Assembly: GCA_050942925.1 (NCBI GenBank)
Contig: JBMNOF010000004.1
Location: 5,520-69,519, forward strand
Origin: Candidatus Spyradocola sp.
Lineage (GTDB): Bacteria > Bacillota > Clostridia > Christensenellales > UBA1750
Reading direction: 5' to 3'
DNA length: 64,000 bases
Position 1 is the stretch's first letter. Each line of letters starts with the position of its first letter. Positions 55,197 through 64,000 of this stretch are shown here, piece by piece. Under the pieces are notes generated by a model. The model worked only from the letters and a program-made list of their open reading frames with translations. It was not told the DNA's origin and did no database searches. A program made the position numbers and the translations under genes.

Positions 55197-56514
55197 AGGA
55201 CTTGCAGAAAAGCTGCAGGCGGCGTTTCAGAAACTCAACAACCGCGGCAAGCTGACCGAAAAGGACGTCAAGGACGCGATGCGCGAGGTCCGCATGGCTT
55301 TGCTGGAGGCGGACGTCAACTACCTTGTGGTCAAGGACTTCGTCAAGCGCGTGACCGACCGGGCGGTGGGCGAGGAGATCTTCTCCACCCTGAACGCGGG
55401 ACAGACCGTCATCAAGATCGTCCGCGAGGAGATGACGGCGCTGATGGGCGGCACGCAGGCCAAGCTCGAGTTTACGGGCAACCCGCCGACCGTCATCATG
55501 CTCATCGGCCTGCAGGGCGCAGGAAAGACCACGCTGGCCGGCAAGCTCGCCGGCATGCTGCAGAAGCAGGGCAAAAAGCCGATTCTCGTCGCGGCGGACG
55601 TGTACCGCCCCGCGGCCATCAAGCAGCTGCAGGTTGTGGGCAGCCAGGTTGGCGTTCCCGTCTTTGAGATGGGGCAGGGCAACCCGGTGGAGATCGTCCG
55701 CGCAGGCAAGCGCGAAGCCATCCGCGCGCTGCGCGACGTCATGATCGTGGATACCGCCGGCCGCCTGCAGATCGACGACGCCCTCATGCAGGAGCTGGAG
55801 GACATCAAGAACGAGCTCCATCCCCAGGAAATCCTCCTGGTGGTCGACGCCATGACCGGTCAGGAGGCCGTCAACGTCGCCAAGACCTTTGACGAAAAGC
55901 TCGGCGTCACGGGCGTCGTGCTCACCAAGCTCGACGGCGATACCCGCGGCGGCGCGGCGCTTTCCATCAAGGCGGTGACGGGCAAGCCGATCAAGTTCTC
56001 GTCCGTTGGCGAAAAGCTCGACCAGATCGAGCCGTTCTATCCGGATCGCATGGCCTCACGAATCCTGGGCATGGGCGACGTATTGACGCTCATCGACAAG
56101 GCCGCGGCCTTGGTGGACGAAAAGCGCGCGGCGGACCTGGAGCAGAAGCTCCGCAAGAACCAGTTTACGCTGGAGGATTTCCTCGACCAGTTCCAGCAGA
56201 TGAAGAAGATGGGCGGCATGGCCGACATGCTCTCCATGCTCCCGGGCGGCAACAAGATCGCCGCGGAAGTGGACGAGGACGAGATGAAGAAGAACCTCGG
56301 CCACACCGAGGCCATCATCCTGTCCATGACCCCGCGGGAGCGGCGCAACCCCGCGCTGCTGAACGCCTCGCGCAAAAAGCGCATCGCGGCCGGTTCCGGC
56401 GCCACGGTGCAGCAGGTCAATCAGCTGCTCAAGCAGTTTGAACAGACCCAGGCCATGATGAAGCAGTTCGGCAAGATGGGGAAAAAGGGCCGCAAGCTTC
56501 CCTTTAAGTTCTAA
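55186..56514 (+). CDS. ffh: signal recognition particle protein Ffh
   Basis: GLQGAGKTTLAGKLA, DTAGRL, TKLDGD and a Met-rich M domain. Confidence 0.95.
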   Translation: MAFEGLAEKLQAAFQKLNNRGKLTEKDVKDAMREVRMALLEADVNYLVVKDFVKRVTDRAVGEEIFSTLNAGQTVIKIVREEMTALMGGTQAKLEFTGNPPTVIMLIGLQGAGKTTLAGKLAGMLQKQGKKPILVAADVYRPAAIKQLQVVGSQVGVPVFEMGQGNPVEIVRAGKREAIRALRDVMIVDTAGRLQIDDALMQELEDIKNELHPQEILLVVDAMTGQEAVNVAKTFDEKLGVTGVVLTKLDGDTRGGAALSIKAVTGKPIKFSSVGEKLDQIEPFYPDRMASRILGMGDVLTLIDKAAALVDEKRAADLEQKLRKNQFTLEDFLDQFQQMKKMGGMADMLSMLPGGNKIAAEVDEDEMKKNLGHTEAIILSMTPRERRNPALLNASRKKRIAAGSGATVQQVNQLLKQFEQTQAMMKQFGKMGKKGRKLPFKF

Positions 56515-56584
56515 AGACGGTATGAATTCCAAGAAATTGGAAGGATATATACATTCTAACACAAGTTTCAGGAGGTAACGTACA

Positions 56585-56830
56585 ATGGCAGTGAAGATTC
56601 GCTTAAAGCGCATGGGCATGAAGGGCGAGCCCTTCTATCGCGTGGTCGTGGCGGACAGCCGCACGCCCCGTGACGGTCGCTTCATCGAGGAGATCGGCAC
56701 CTACAACCCCGTCAAGGACGACAAGGCCATCACCCTGGATGTGGAGCGCGCCAAGTATTGGCTGAGCGTGGGTGCGCAGCCCACCCAGACGGTCAAGACG
56801 GTTCTTCGCAAGGGCGGCGCGATCGAATAA
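56585..56830 (+). CDS. rpsP: 30S ribosomal protein S16
   Basis: [35 protein letters not shown]. Confidence 0.95.
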   Translation: MAVKIRLKRMGMKGEPFYRVVVADSRTPRDGRFIEEIGTYNPVKDDKAITLDVERAKYWLSVGAQPTQTVKTVLRKGGAIE

Positions 56831-56877
56831 GGCGCTTTTCCCCCGCAACGCTCCGGCACTGGAAGGAGGGCGCAGTC

Positions 56878-57105
56878 ATGGCAGAGTTGGTCAAGTACAT
56901 TGCGTGCTGTCTGGTGGACCATCCCGACCTCGTGGAGGTTCGGGAGGTGCCCGGTGACCAGGCGCTCATTCTGGAGCTTCACGTTGCTCCGGAGGACATG
57001 GGAAAGGTCATCGGCAAGCAGGGCCGCATCGCCAAGGCGATTCGGGCCGTGGTCAAGGCTGCAAGCCTGAAGAGCGGTCAGAACGTGCTTGTGGAAATCG
57101 TGTAA
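56878..57105 (+). CDS. KH domain-containing protein (YlqC-like)
   Basis: 75 aa. GKVIGKQGRIAKAIR is a KH GXXG motif. GGAAGGAGGG upstream. Confidence 0.9.
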   Translation: MAELVKYIACCLVDHPDLVEVREVPGDQALILELHVAPEDMGKVIGKQGRIAKAIRAVVKAASLKSGQNVLVEIV

Positions 57106-57111
57106 CCCGTT

Positions 57112-57150
57112 GGGGGAGCGTTCGCCTCGGCGAATGCTCCCCTTTGCTTT
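57112..57150 (+). terminator. intra-operon hairpin (attenuator/terminator-like)
   Basis: GGGGAGCGTTCGC / GCGAATGCTCCCC 13-bp stem (one G-U pair), followed by TTTGCTTT. Confidence 0.45.
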
Positions 57151-57169
57151 CGCAGGAGGAGGTTTGGCA

Positions 57170-57691
57170 GTGAAGGACTATCTGATGATCGGCCAGGTAA
57201 TCAAGCCCCAGGGTGTGCGCGGAGAGGTCAAGGTCCTCCCGGCGACGGACGACCCGGAGCGGTTTTGCGACCTTGCACGCGTGTTCCTGGACGAAAAAGG
57301 GGAGGAGGCGCGCGAGGTGCTCGCCGCCCGCACGCGGGAGGGCTTTGCCTACCTCCTGCTTGCCGGCGTCGAGGACCGCGACGCGGCCGAGGGCCTGCGC
57401 GGCCGGGAACTCTATGTCGCCCGCGCGGAGGCGGCGCCCCTGCCCGAGGGCCGCTACTACATCGCGGATCTGATTGGGATGCGGGTCGTGGACGAAGCGG
57501 GGAAGGAGCTCGGCACGCTGACGGACGTCCTGCAGGCGGGCGGGAACGACGTCTATGAAGTCGCGGGGAGCAAGACCTTCCGCTTCCCGGCGCTCAAGCG
57601 CGTCTTGCGCAGCGTGGACGTGGAGGGCGGCTGCATGGAGCTAGACAGCCAGGTCCTCAGCGAGATCGCGGTGGTGGACGATGCGGATTAA
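57170..57691 (+). CDS. rimM: ribosome maturation factor RimM
   Basis: GQVIKPQGVRGEVKV... GTG 57170 follows AGGAGGAGG. Confidence 0.9.
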   Translation: MKDYLMIGQVIKPQGVRGEVKVLPATDDPERFCDLARVFLDEKGEEAREVLAARTREGFAYLLLAGVEDRDAAEGLRGRELYVARAEAAPLPEGRYYIADLIGMRVVDEAGKELGTLTDVLQAGGNDVYEVAGSKTFRFPALKRVLRSVDVEGGCMELDSQVLSEIAVVDDAD

Positions 57692-58478
57692 GATCCTGAC
57701 GCTCTTTCCCGATATGTTTCTGCCGGTGCTCGGCGCCAGCATCACGGGCCGCGCGATGGAGCGCGGCATCCTGTCCATCGAAGCCATCAACATCCGCGAC
57801 TACACCAAGAACAAGCATCGCCGCTGCGACGACTACCCGTACGGCGGGGGAGCGGGCATGGTGATGACTCCGCAGCCCGTCTACGACTGCTTCCGCGCCG
57901 CAACGGAGAATTTCCCGGCGCGCCGCATCCTGCTTTCGCCGCGGGGGAAGACGCTGACCCAGCAGCGCGCGCGGGAGCTGGCGCAGGAGGAGAACCTCAT
58001 CTTCCTCTGCGGCCACTACGAGGGCGTGGACCAGCGCGTCATAGACGAATGGATTGACGAGGAAATCTCCATCGGCGACTATGTCCTGACCGGCGGGGAA
58101 CTCGCGGCGATGGTCGTGATCGACTGCCTTTCCCGGCACATTCCCGGGGTCCTGGGCAGCGACGAATCCGCCGAGGAGGAAAGCTTTTCCGAGGGCCTTT
58201 TGGAGTACCCGCAGTACACCCGGCCCGCCGTCTACGAGGGAAGGGCGGTGCCGGAGGTGCTGCTCTCCGGGCACGACGCTAACATCCGCGCCTGGCGGCG
58301 CGAAAGAAGCCTGGACATCACCCGCGAACGCCGGCCCGAGCTCCTGCAAACCGCGCCGCTTACGCAGAAGGACCGCATCTACCTCGGTTGGGAGGAGGCG
58401 CCGCCCAAGCGCCCGCGCCGGAAAAAGAAGCGTCCTTCGCAGGAGGAAAACGCACAAAATTTACCGGAGAATCCTTGA
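57681..58478 (+). CDS. trmD: tRNA (guanine37-N1)-methyltransferase TrmD
   Basis: MRIKILTLFPDMF...YGGGAGMVM...GHYEGVDQRV. There is an extra basic C-terminal tail. Confidence 0.95.
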   Translation: MRIKILTLFPDMFLPVLGASITGRAMERGILSIEAINIRDYTKNKHRRCDDYPYGGGAGMVMTPQPVYDCFRAATENFPARRILLSPRGKTLTQQRARELAQEENLIFLCGHYEGVDQRVIDEWIDEEISIGDYVLTGGELAAMVVIDCLSRHIPGVLGSDESAEEESFSEGLLEYPQYTRPAVYEGRAVPEVLLSGHDANIRAWRRERSLDITRERRPELLQTAPLTQKDRIYLGWEEAPPKRPRRKKKRPSQEENAQNLPENP

Positions 58479-58484
58479 ATTTGC

Positions 58485-58513
58485 TTGATTTTTGCCGCTT
58501 TTAATGGTATAAT
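58485..58513 (+). promoter_or_regulatory. rplS promoter
   Basis: TTGATT (58485-58490), 17 nt, TGgTATAAT (58505-58513). Confidence 0.6.
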
Positions 58514-58519
58514 ACCATC

Positions 58520-58622
58520 CGTTGACCATCAATGGGACGGTCCGCTGCTGTTTCGACCGCCGCGCAGCGTTTGCGCGATCCGGCAAGAGCATGAACGTCT
58601 ACACAGGGAAGGAGAAACCACA
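58520..58622 (+). promoter_or_regulatory. candidate ribosomal protein L19 leader
   Basis: About 100-nt GC-rich structured leader between the promoter and rplS. The position matches the Firmicute L19 leader. No covariance model was run. Confidence 0.35.
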
Positions 58623-58970
58623 ATGAACGAAATCATCCGCGCCATCGAAATGGAGCAGCTCCGTACCGACATTCCCAAGTTCTCCATCGGCGACACCGTC
58701 CGCGTTCAGGTCAAGGTCGTCGAGGGCAACCGCGAGCGTCTGCAGGCCTTTGAGGGCACCGTCATCGCCCGCCGCAATGGTTCCTGCCGCGAGACCTTCA
58801 CGGTCCGCCGCGTTTCCTACGGCATCGGCGTTGAGCGCACGTTCCCCATCCACAGCCCGCGCGTGGACAGCATTACGGTCGTCCGTCGCGGCAAGGTTCG
58901 CCGCGCCAAGCTGTACTACCTGCGCGACCGCTTCGGCAAGGCCGCCAAGGTCAAGGACAGCTCCAAGTAA
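58623..58970 (+). CDS. rplS: 50S ribosomal protein L19
   Basis: [45 protein letters not shown]. Confidence 0.95.
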   Translation: MNEIIRAIEMEQLRTDIPKFSIGDTVRVQVKVVEGNRERLQAFEGTVIARRNGSCRETFTVRRVSYGIGVERTFPIHSPRVDSITVVRRGKVRRAKLYYLRDRFGKAAKVKDSSK

Positions 58971-58980
58971 GGGAAGCAAA

Positions 58981-59058
58981 AAGGCCGCATCCGATTCGGG
59001 TGCGGCCTTCTGCACAAAAAAGACCGCACCCCGCTCAAGACGAGGCGCGGTCTTTTTT
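58981..59058 (+). terminator. tandem terminators after rplS
   Basis: Hairpin AAGGCCGCA...TGCGGCCTT (58981-59009). Then AGACCGC...GCGGTCT followed by T6 (59020-59058). Confidence 0.75.
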
Positions 59059-59115
59059 GCCGCAAGCCTTGCGAAAGATGGGAACTCGGTGTTATAGTAG
59101 TAGGGAAAAACAGCC

Positions 59116-60021
59116 ATGGAGGAAAGAAATTTGGATATACAGTGGTACCCCGGACACATGGCCAAGGCGCGCCGAATGCTCGCGGAAAGCGTAAAACTCG
59201 TGGATGTGGTCATCGAAATGGTCGATGCCCGCGCGCCGGCTTCCACGCGCAACCCGGACTTTGACGACCTGTTCGGAACAAAGCCGCGCGTGGTCGTGCT
59301 CAACAAGGCGGACCTGGCCGATCCCGAGAAAACCCGGGCCTGGATTCGCGCCTACCGGGAGCGCGGATGGGACGCAATTTCCTTTTCGGCCAACGCCGGA
59401 AAGGGCGTCAAGGAAGCCGTCTCCCTCGTCGAGCGTGCAGCCAGACCCGTCGTCGAGCGCATGAAGGCCAAGGGCGTCAACAAGACCGTGCGCGCCATGA
59501 TCGTGGGCATCCCCAACGTGGGGAAGTCCACGTTCATCAATCGCCTGCGCGGAACCGCGGCGGCCAAGGCCGGCAACCGCCCCGGCGTCACCCGCGGCAA
59601 GCAATGGATCGTCGTGGGGCCGTACCTGGAGTTTCTCGACACCCCCGGCATGCTCTGGCCCAAGTTTGAGGACAAGGAAGCCGCTCGCCGCCTGGCGTTC
59701 CTCGGCTCCATCCGAGGAGAGATCATGGACAACGAGACGCTGAGCGCGCAGCTGCTGGAATACCTGCGCGACAACGCGCCCGATGGCGCCAAGGCGCGCC
59801 TAAAGATCGACATGGCGGCCGAAAAGAGCGGCGCGGAGCTGCTGACCGAGGCCTGCCGCGGCCGCGGATGGATTCTTCCCGGCGCGCGGCCGGACACCGA
59901 GCGCGCGGCGGGATTGATCCTGGATGAGTTCCGCAGCGGCAAGATGGGCCGGCTCACGCTGGATCTTCCGCCGGAACCTGCCCAAAAGGAGGATGCGCAT
60001 GCCCAAAACCAGGGAGACTAA
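59116..60021 (+). CDS. rbgA: ribosome biogenesis GTPase A (YlqF/RbgA)
   Basis: IQWYPGHMAKA and the circularly permuted GTPase motifs NKADL then GIPNVGKST. Confidence 0.9.
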   Translation: MEERNLDIQWYPGHMAKARRMLAESVKLVDVVIEMVDARAPASTRNPDFDDLFGTKPRVVVLNKADLADPEKTRAWIRAYRERGWDAISFSANAGKGVKEAVSLVERAARPVVERMKAKGVNKTVRAMIVGIPNVGKSTFINRLRGTAAAKAGNRPGVTRGKQWIVVGPYLEFLDTPGMLWPKFEDKEAARRLAFLGSIRGEIMDNETLSAQLLEYLRDNAPDGAKARLKIDMAAEKSGAELLTEACRGRGWILPGARPDTERAAGLILDEFRSGKMGRLTLDLPPEPAQKEDAHAQNQGD

Positions 60022-60631
60022 GCAGGAGCGAATCGTGCGCATGACTGAGCGCGAGCGCCCCATCTGGGAAGCGGGCGCGCTGGTGGGCGGCGTGGATGAA
60101 GCGGGGCGCGGGCCTTTGGCCGGGCCGGTCGTCGCGGCCTGCGTCGTCATGCCGCCGGAGCCCTTGCTTCTGGACGTCAACGACAGCAAAAAGGTCGCCG
60201 AGAAAAAGCGGGAAACCCTTTGCCAGGAGATTCTGCGCACGGCGGTCTCGGTGGGCGTGGGCGTCGCCTCGGTGGAGGAAATCGACCGGCTGAACATCAA
60301 ACAGGCGGCGCGCCTTGCCATGAAGCGCGCCATCGAGCAGGCGAACCCTGCCCGAATCTTTGTCGACGCGGAGCAGGATCTGGATGTTTCCATGCCGCAG
60401 GAGGGCATTGTCCACGGGGACGCGGTCAGCTATTCCATTGCTGCGGCGTCCATCGTCGCCAAGGTCGTGCGAGACGGGATGATGCGGGAACTGGATGCGC
60501 AGTACCCCCAGTATGGGTTTGCACAGCACAAGGGCTATGGCACGCAGGCACACTATGAAGCCCTGCACACATTCGGCCCCTGCCCGGCGCACAGGAAACT
60601 CTTCATCCGCTCCGCCTTTTTGCCGCGATGA
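59999..60631 (+). CDS. rnhB: ribonuclease HII
   Basis: GVDEAGRGPLAGPVVAA catalytic motif. ATG 59999 lies 6 nt after AAAGGAGG and overlaps the rbgA 3' end. Confidence 0.9.
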   Translation: MPKTRETKQERIVRMTERERPIWEAGALVGGVDEAGRGPLAGPVVAACVVMPPEPLLLDVNDSKKVAEKKRETLCQEILRTAVSVGVGVASVEEIDRLNIKQAARLAMKRAIEQANPARIFVDAEQDLDVSMPQEGIVHGDAVSYSIAAASIVAKVVRDGMMRELDAQYPQYGFAQHKGYGTQAHYEALHTFGPCPAHRKLFIRSAFLPR

Positions 60632-61002
60632 GTGCGTCCAAAGACCGCGGCACAATGGGGGAGCGCGCGGCGCGCGCCTATCTGGAGGGAAAGGGTCTCT
60701 GCTTTGTCGAGGCGAACCTGCGCGTCGGCCGGGACGAGATCGACTTGCTCATGCGCGACGGCGAAACGTTGGTCTTTGTCGAGGTCAAGCTGCGGCTGGA
60801 CCTGCATCAGGCGCCTTTTGCGGTGGATGTGGCAAAACAGCGGCGCATTTCGCGCGCAGCCGTCGTTTATATGGCGAAGCACGGCCTTCTTGGGCGTGCC
60901 GCGCGCTTTGACGTGGTATCGGTGGGATTCGATGGAACGCAGATGGACATCCGGCACATCGAGGACGCCTTTCCCCTGGCGCGCGGAAGATATTTTATAT
61001 GA
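60628..61002 (+). CDS. yraN: YraN family protein (UPF0102)
   Basis: GERAARAYLEGKGLCFVEANLRVGRDEIDLLMRDGETLVFVEVK. ATGA overlap with rnhB. Confidence 0.85.
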   Translation: MSASKDRGTMGERAARAYLEGKGLCFVEANLRVGRDEIDLLMRDGETLVFVEVKLRLDLHQAPFAVDVAKQRRISRAAVVYMAKHGLLGRAARFDVVSVGFDGTQMDIRHIEDAFPLARGRYFI

Positions 61003-61015
61003 CGAGGATGGAACC

Positions 61016-64000
61016 ATGAGAGGAAAGATCTGGATCTGCGGCCTGCTGCTCGTGCTGTTGCTCGCGCTGCCGCTGGGCGCGCAGGCGGCGCAGAACCTGG
61101 TGCAAAACGGGGACTTCTCCCAGTGGGACGAAAGCGGTCTGCCCGTGGGGTGGACCTATGCGGCCTGGACGGTGGACGAAACGGTTTCCACGTATTGGAC
61201 GGAAGAAGTGGACGGAAACCGCTGCGTGCGCTTACAAAACTTTTCCGACAACGACGCGCGGTTGGAGCAGACGATCTCCGTCCGTGGAAACACGACCTAC
61301 CACATCTCCGCGCGAATGAAGGCGGAGGGGTGCGATCCGGAGCGAACCGGCGGCAACCTCTCGGTTTCCGGAAGCCTGGCGGTCTCCCAAGCCTATGCGG
61401 ATACGAATGGCGAATGGGTGACGGTGGATCTCTACGGGAAGACCGGACTCTTCCAGGGAGAGATCACCGTTGCCCTGCGCGTGGGCTTCTATGGCGAGGA
61501 AAACGTGGGCTCGGCCTGGTTTGACGACGTCCAAGTGGAAGCGGTGGACGAGGTCCCTGCAGGCGTGGAGGTGCAGAGCCTTCAGGACGCACCGGTGAGC
61601 GCTTCCTCGGAGGAGAAAGAGGGCGCAGACTGGATTCCGACGCAGTCGTTTGTCGCGGCGATGTTCGTGGTGCTGCTGTGCGCCTTTGTCTACCGCCTGC
61701 GGGGCGTGGAGGTCGAGCGCATCCGCGCATCGCGCGTGTTTGGCGTCCTTCTCGTGGTCGCTGGCGTGGTCCGGCTGTTCCTCGCGGCGGTGAACCCCGG
61801 GTATGAAGTGGACATCAACTGCTTTACCAGCTGGGGACAGACCCTCGTGCAGGTGGGTCCGGCGGATTTTTACGCACAGGGTTTCTGCGACTATCCGCCC
61901 GGCTATCTCTACGTGCTGGGTCTGCAGGCGCTCCTTGCCAACGCGCTTGGCCTTGTGCCCAGCTCTGCACCCTATCTTGTGCTGCTCAAGCTGCCGGCCA
62001 TTGCCTGTGATCTTGCGGCGGCATATGGGATCTACCGCATCGCCCTGCGCTACGGAAAGCCCAAGTGGGCGCTCCTCGCAGGGGCGGCCTATGCGGTCAT
62101 GCCCGCCGCGATCCTGGACAGCGCCATGTGGGGGCAGATGGATGCGGTGCTGGTCGTGCTGATTTTGCTCGTGGTGGACGCATTTTTGCAGAAAAAGCCC
62201 CTGCGCGCGGCGATCCTCTATGGCGTTGCGGTGACCGTGAAGCCCCAGGCGCTGATGCTGGGCACGATCGTCCTGTTCGGCTACATTTCTGAAATCCTAG
62301 AGGACCCCAAGCGCGGCCTCAAGCGCCTGGCGGCCGGCATCGCGGTGTGCCTGGGTGTGATCGTGGCAATTTCGCTCCCCTTCCTGCTGCATGAGGGGCC
62401 GCTGTTCCTTCTGGAGAAATACTTCTCCACGCTGTCCTCGTACCCCTACGCCTCGGTGAACGGGCTGAACCTGTTCTTTGCCCTGGGGGCGAACTGGGTG
62501 AGCCAGGACGTTGCCTTCCTCGGCCTACCCTATGCGGCATGGGGAACCATCGGCATGGTGGCAAGCGTGGCGCTGGGCATTGCGTTCTACCTGAAGAGCC
62601 GTGACCGGCGCGCGATTCCCCTCTGCACGGCGCTGATGCTGGTGGGTGTGTTCTGTCTGGGCGTGCGGATGCACGAAAGGTACATGTTCCCGGCGCTGGC
62701 GCTGGTGCTGCTGTCGGCCGTGCTGTACGGGGACAGGAGGCTGTTCTGGATCTTTGGCGGGCTTTCGGCGACCAATGCCATCAACATCTACATCGTCCTG
62801 CAGAACGAGCACGTTCTTGCGGAAAACCAGGCGTTCGGCACGGGGATTGCCCTGGTCAATCTCGCCCTATTCGCCTGCCTGATCGCTGTGGGAGTGGATC
62901 TGTGCTTCAGAGGAAAGCGTCTGGACGTGGATCAGGAGCTCCCGGCCTGCAAGCGCCAGGTGATGGGGCCGCGCCTGCCGGATAGTTCGCGCACGGGGGA
63001 TCGCGCCTCGCTGCGCATGGGGCGCGTGGATTTTCTGCTGATGGGCGCACTGACGCTGGTCTACGCGTGCCTGGCCTTCTATCAGTTGGGGGACATGACG
63101 GCCCCGCAGACGCTCTGGTCCGGGGAAGCGGGAGATAGCGCCGTTGTGGACCTCGGGCAGGAGCAGCAGATTTCGGAGTTCCGCTACTACGGGGAAATCC
63201 CCTATGGCGATTTCCGGGTGGAGTTCAGCGACGATGGTGTGAACTGGTCCGGCGCAGTGGAACAGAGCGTGGGCGTGCACGACATGTTCAAGTGGCACTC
63301 CGTCGCGCTGGAGGAGGACGCGCGCTATGTGCGCCTGACGGTGACGAAGGATTCGATCAAGCTCTTTGAGGTGGCGCTCTTTGGCCAGGACGGGGAGATT
63401 CTGCCCATCGCTTCCTGCACGGCTCCGGAGCTGACCGACGAGCAGGACATTGTGCCGGCAGAGATTTCGTACATGAACAGCATGTACTTTGACGAAGTCT
63501 ACCACGGCCGGACGGCCTACGAGCAGCTGCACAACATGGAGTGGTATGAGAACACGCATCCGCCGCTCGGCAAGGTGTTCATCTCCTGGTCCATCGCGCT
63601 CTTTGGCATGACGCCCTTTGGCTGGCGCTTTGCCGGAACGCTGGCGGGCGTGCTCATGGTGCCGGCCATGTACTTGTTGTGCAAGACGCTGTTCCGCAGG
63701 CCCCTGTTCGCCTTCTTCGGGACGTTCCTGATGACGTTCGACTTCATGCACCTGGTGCAGACAAGGCTGGGGACCATCGACTCCTACCCGGTGCTGTTCA
63801 TCATCCTGAGCTTTGCCTTCCTGCTGCGCTATGCCTACATGAGCTTCTACCACGACAAGCTATGGAAGACGTTTGTGCCGCTAGCGCTTTCGGGATTCTT
63901 CATGGGTCTGGGCATGGCCAGCAAGTGGATCGGCATCTACGCGGCGGCAGGCCTTGCCGTGCTGTTCTTCTGGATCTTTGCGACCCGCGTCCGGGAGTAT
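61016..64000 (+). CDS. very large multidomain membrane glycosyltransferase (CBM-like domain + GT-C module + discoidin-like domain + GT39/PMT-like module), 3' end outside window
   Basis: Not in the ORF track because there is no stop before the window edge. Hand translation from ATG 61016 gives 995 uninterrupted codons. It starts with signal peptide MRGKIWICGLLLVLLLALPLGAQA and ends in the PMT motifs YFDEVYHGRTAY...ENTHPPLGK. The frame was verified at 63467 (EISYM). Confidence 0.8.
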   Translation, partial: MRGKIWICGLLLVLLLALPLGAQAAQNLVQNGDFSQWDESGLPVGWTYAAWTVDETVSTYWTEEVDGNRCVRLQNFSDNDARLEQTISVRGNTTYHISARMKAEGCDPERTGGNLSVSGSLAVSQAYADTNGEWVTVDLYGKTGLFQGEITVALRVGFYGEENVGSAWFDDVQVEAVDEVPAGVEVQSLQDAPVSASSEEKEGADWIPTQSFVAAMFVVLLCAFVYRLRGVEVERIRASRVFGVLLVVAGVVRLFLAAVNPGYEVDINCFTSWGQTLVQVGPADFYAQGFCDYPPGYLYVLGLQALLANALGLVPSSAPYLVLLKLPAIACDLAAAYGIYRIALRYGKPKWALLAGAAYAVMPAAILDSAMWGQMDAVLVVLILLVVDAFLQKKPLRAAILYGVAVTVKPQALMLGTIVLFGYISEILEDPKRGLKRLAAGIAVCLGVIVAISLPFLLHEGPLFLLEKYFSTLSSYPYASVNGLNLFFALGANWVSQDVAFLGLPYAAWGTIGMVASVALGIAFYLKSRDRRAIPLCTALMLVGVFCLGVRMHERYMFPALALVLLSAVLYGDRRLFWIFGGLSATNAINIYIVLQNEHVLAENQAFGTGIALVNLALFACLIAVGVDLCFRGKRLDVDQELPACKRQVMGPRLPDSSRTGDRASLRMGRVDFLLMGALTLVYACLAFYQLGDMTAPQTLWSGEAGDSAVVDLGQEQQISEFRYYGEIPYGDFRVEFSDDGVNWSGAVEQSVGVHDMFKWHSVALEEDARYVRLTVTKDSIKLFEVALFGQDGEILPIASCTAPELTDEQDIVPAEISYMNSMYFDEVYHGRTAYEQLHNMEWYENTHPPLGKVFISWSIALFGMTPFGWRFAGTLAGVLMVPAMYLLCKTLFRRPLFAFFGTFLMTFDFMHLVQTRLGTIDSYPVLFIILSFAFLLRYAYMSFYHDKLWKTFVPLALSGFFMGLGMASKWIGIYAAAGLAVLFFWIFATRVREY

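Overview
This is a GC-rich chromosomal core segment; codon position 3 is mostly G/C and the intergenic islands are AT-rich. It comes from a spore-forming Firmicute of the Clostridia type. The evidence is Spo0A, SpoIIR, SleB/YpeB, YlbJ, a SPOCS/LysM coat-type protein and the Prp-L27 pair. I recognise about 70 protein genes, mostly on the + strand, in this order:
- a radical-SAM pair, rng, and rplU-prp-rpmA
- ogg, an L,D-transpeptidase lipoprotein, a LacI regulator and a DMT transporter
- an acidic hypothetical protein
- a GldA/F/G-like ABC system with a DUF4340 gene
- glpK
- a sporulation block: spo0A, SPOCS-LysM, ispE, spoIIR, sleB, ypeB
- DUF1934, a hypothetical gene and an MBL hydrolase
- a three-gene glycerol-3-phosphate dehydrogenase-like cluster
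- bioY with a BirA operator
- the F1Fo ATP synthase operon
- an esterase, alr and 5-FCL
- a block syntenic with the B. subtilis ylb genes: rsmD, coaD, ylbJ, patatin, tmcAL
- pta-ackA, yceD-rpmF, plsX-acpP-rnc-smc-ftsY, ylxM-ffh-rpsP-KH-rimM-trmD-rplS, rbgA-rnhB-yraN
- a very large membrane glycosyltransferase ORF that runs off the 3' edge and is therefore missing from the ORF track.

I saw no rRNA, tRNA, CRISPR array, transposase or integrase.

The most unusual observations are:
1. The ATP synthase delta subunit is cut down to its C-terminal ~60 residues and fused in frame to alpha.
2. The adjacent c subunit carries the full Na+-binding signature.
3. The unlisted ORF of more than 995 codons encodes two GT-C glycosyltransferase modules, with a CBM-like domain and a discoidin-like domain.
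4. Two perfect, inverted Spo0A boxes lie upstream of spo0A.
5. An orphan minus-strand terminator suggests a small RNA.
6. spoIIR and sleB overlap by 113 nt.

All family assignments come from reading motifs by eye and from memory. No searches or folding programs were run.
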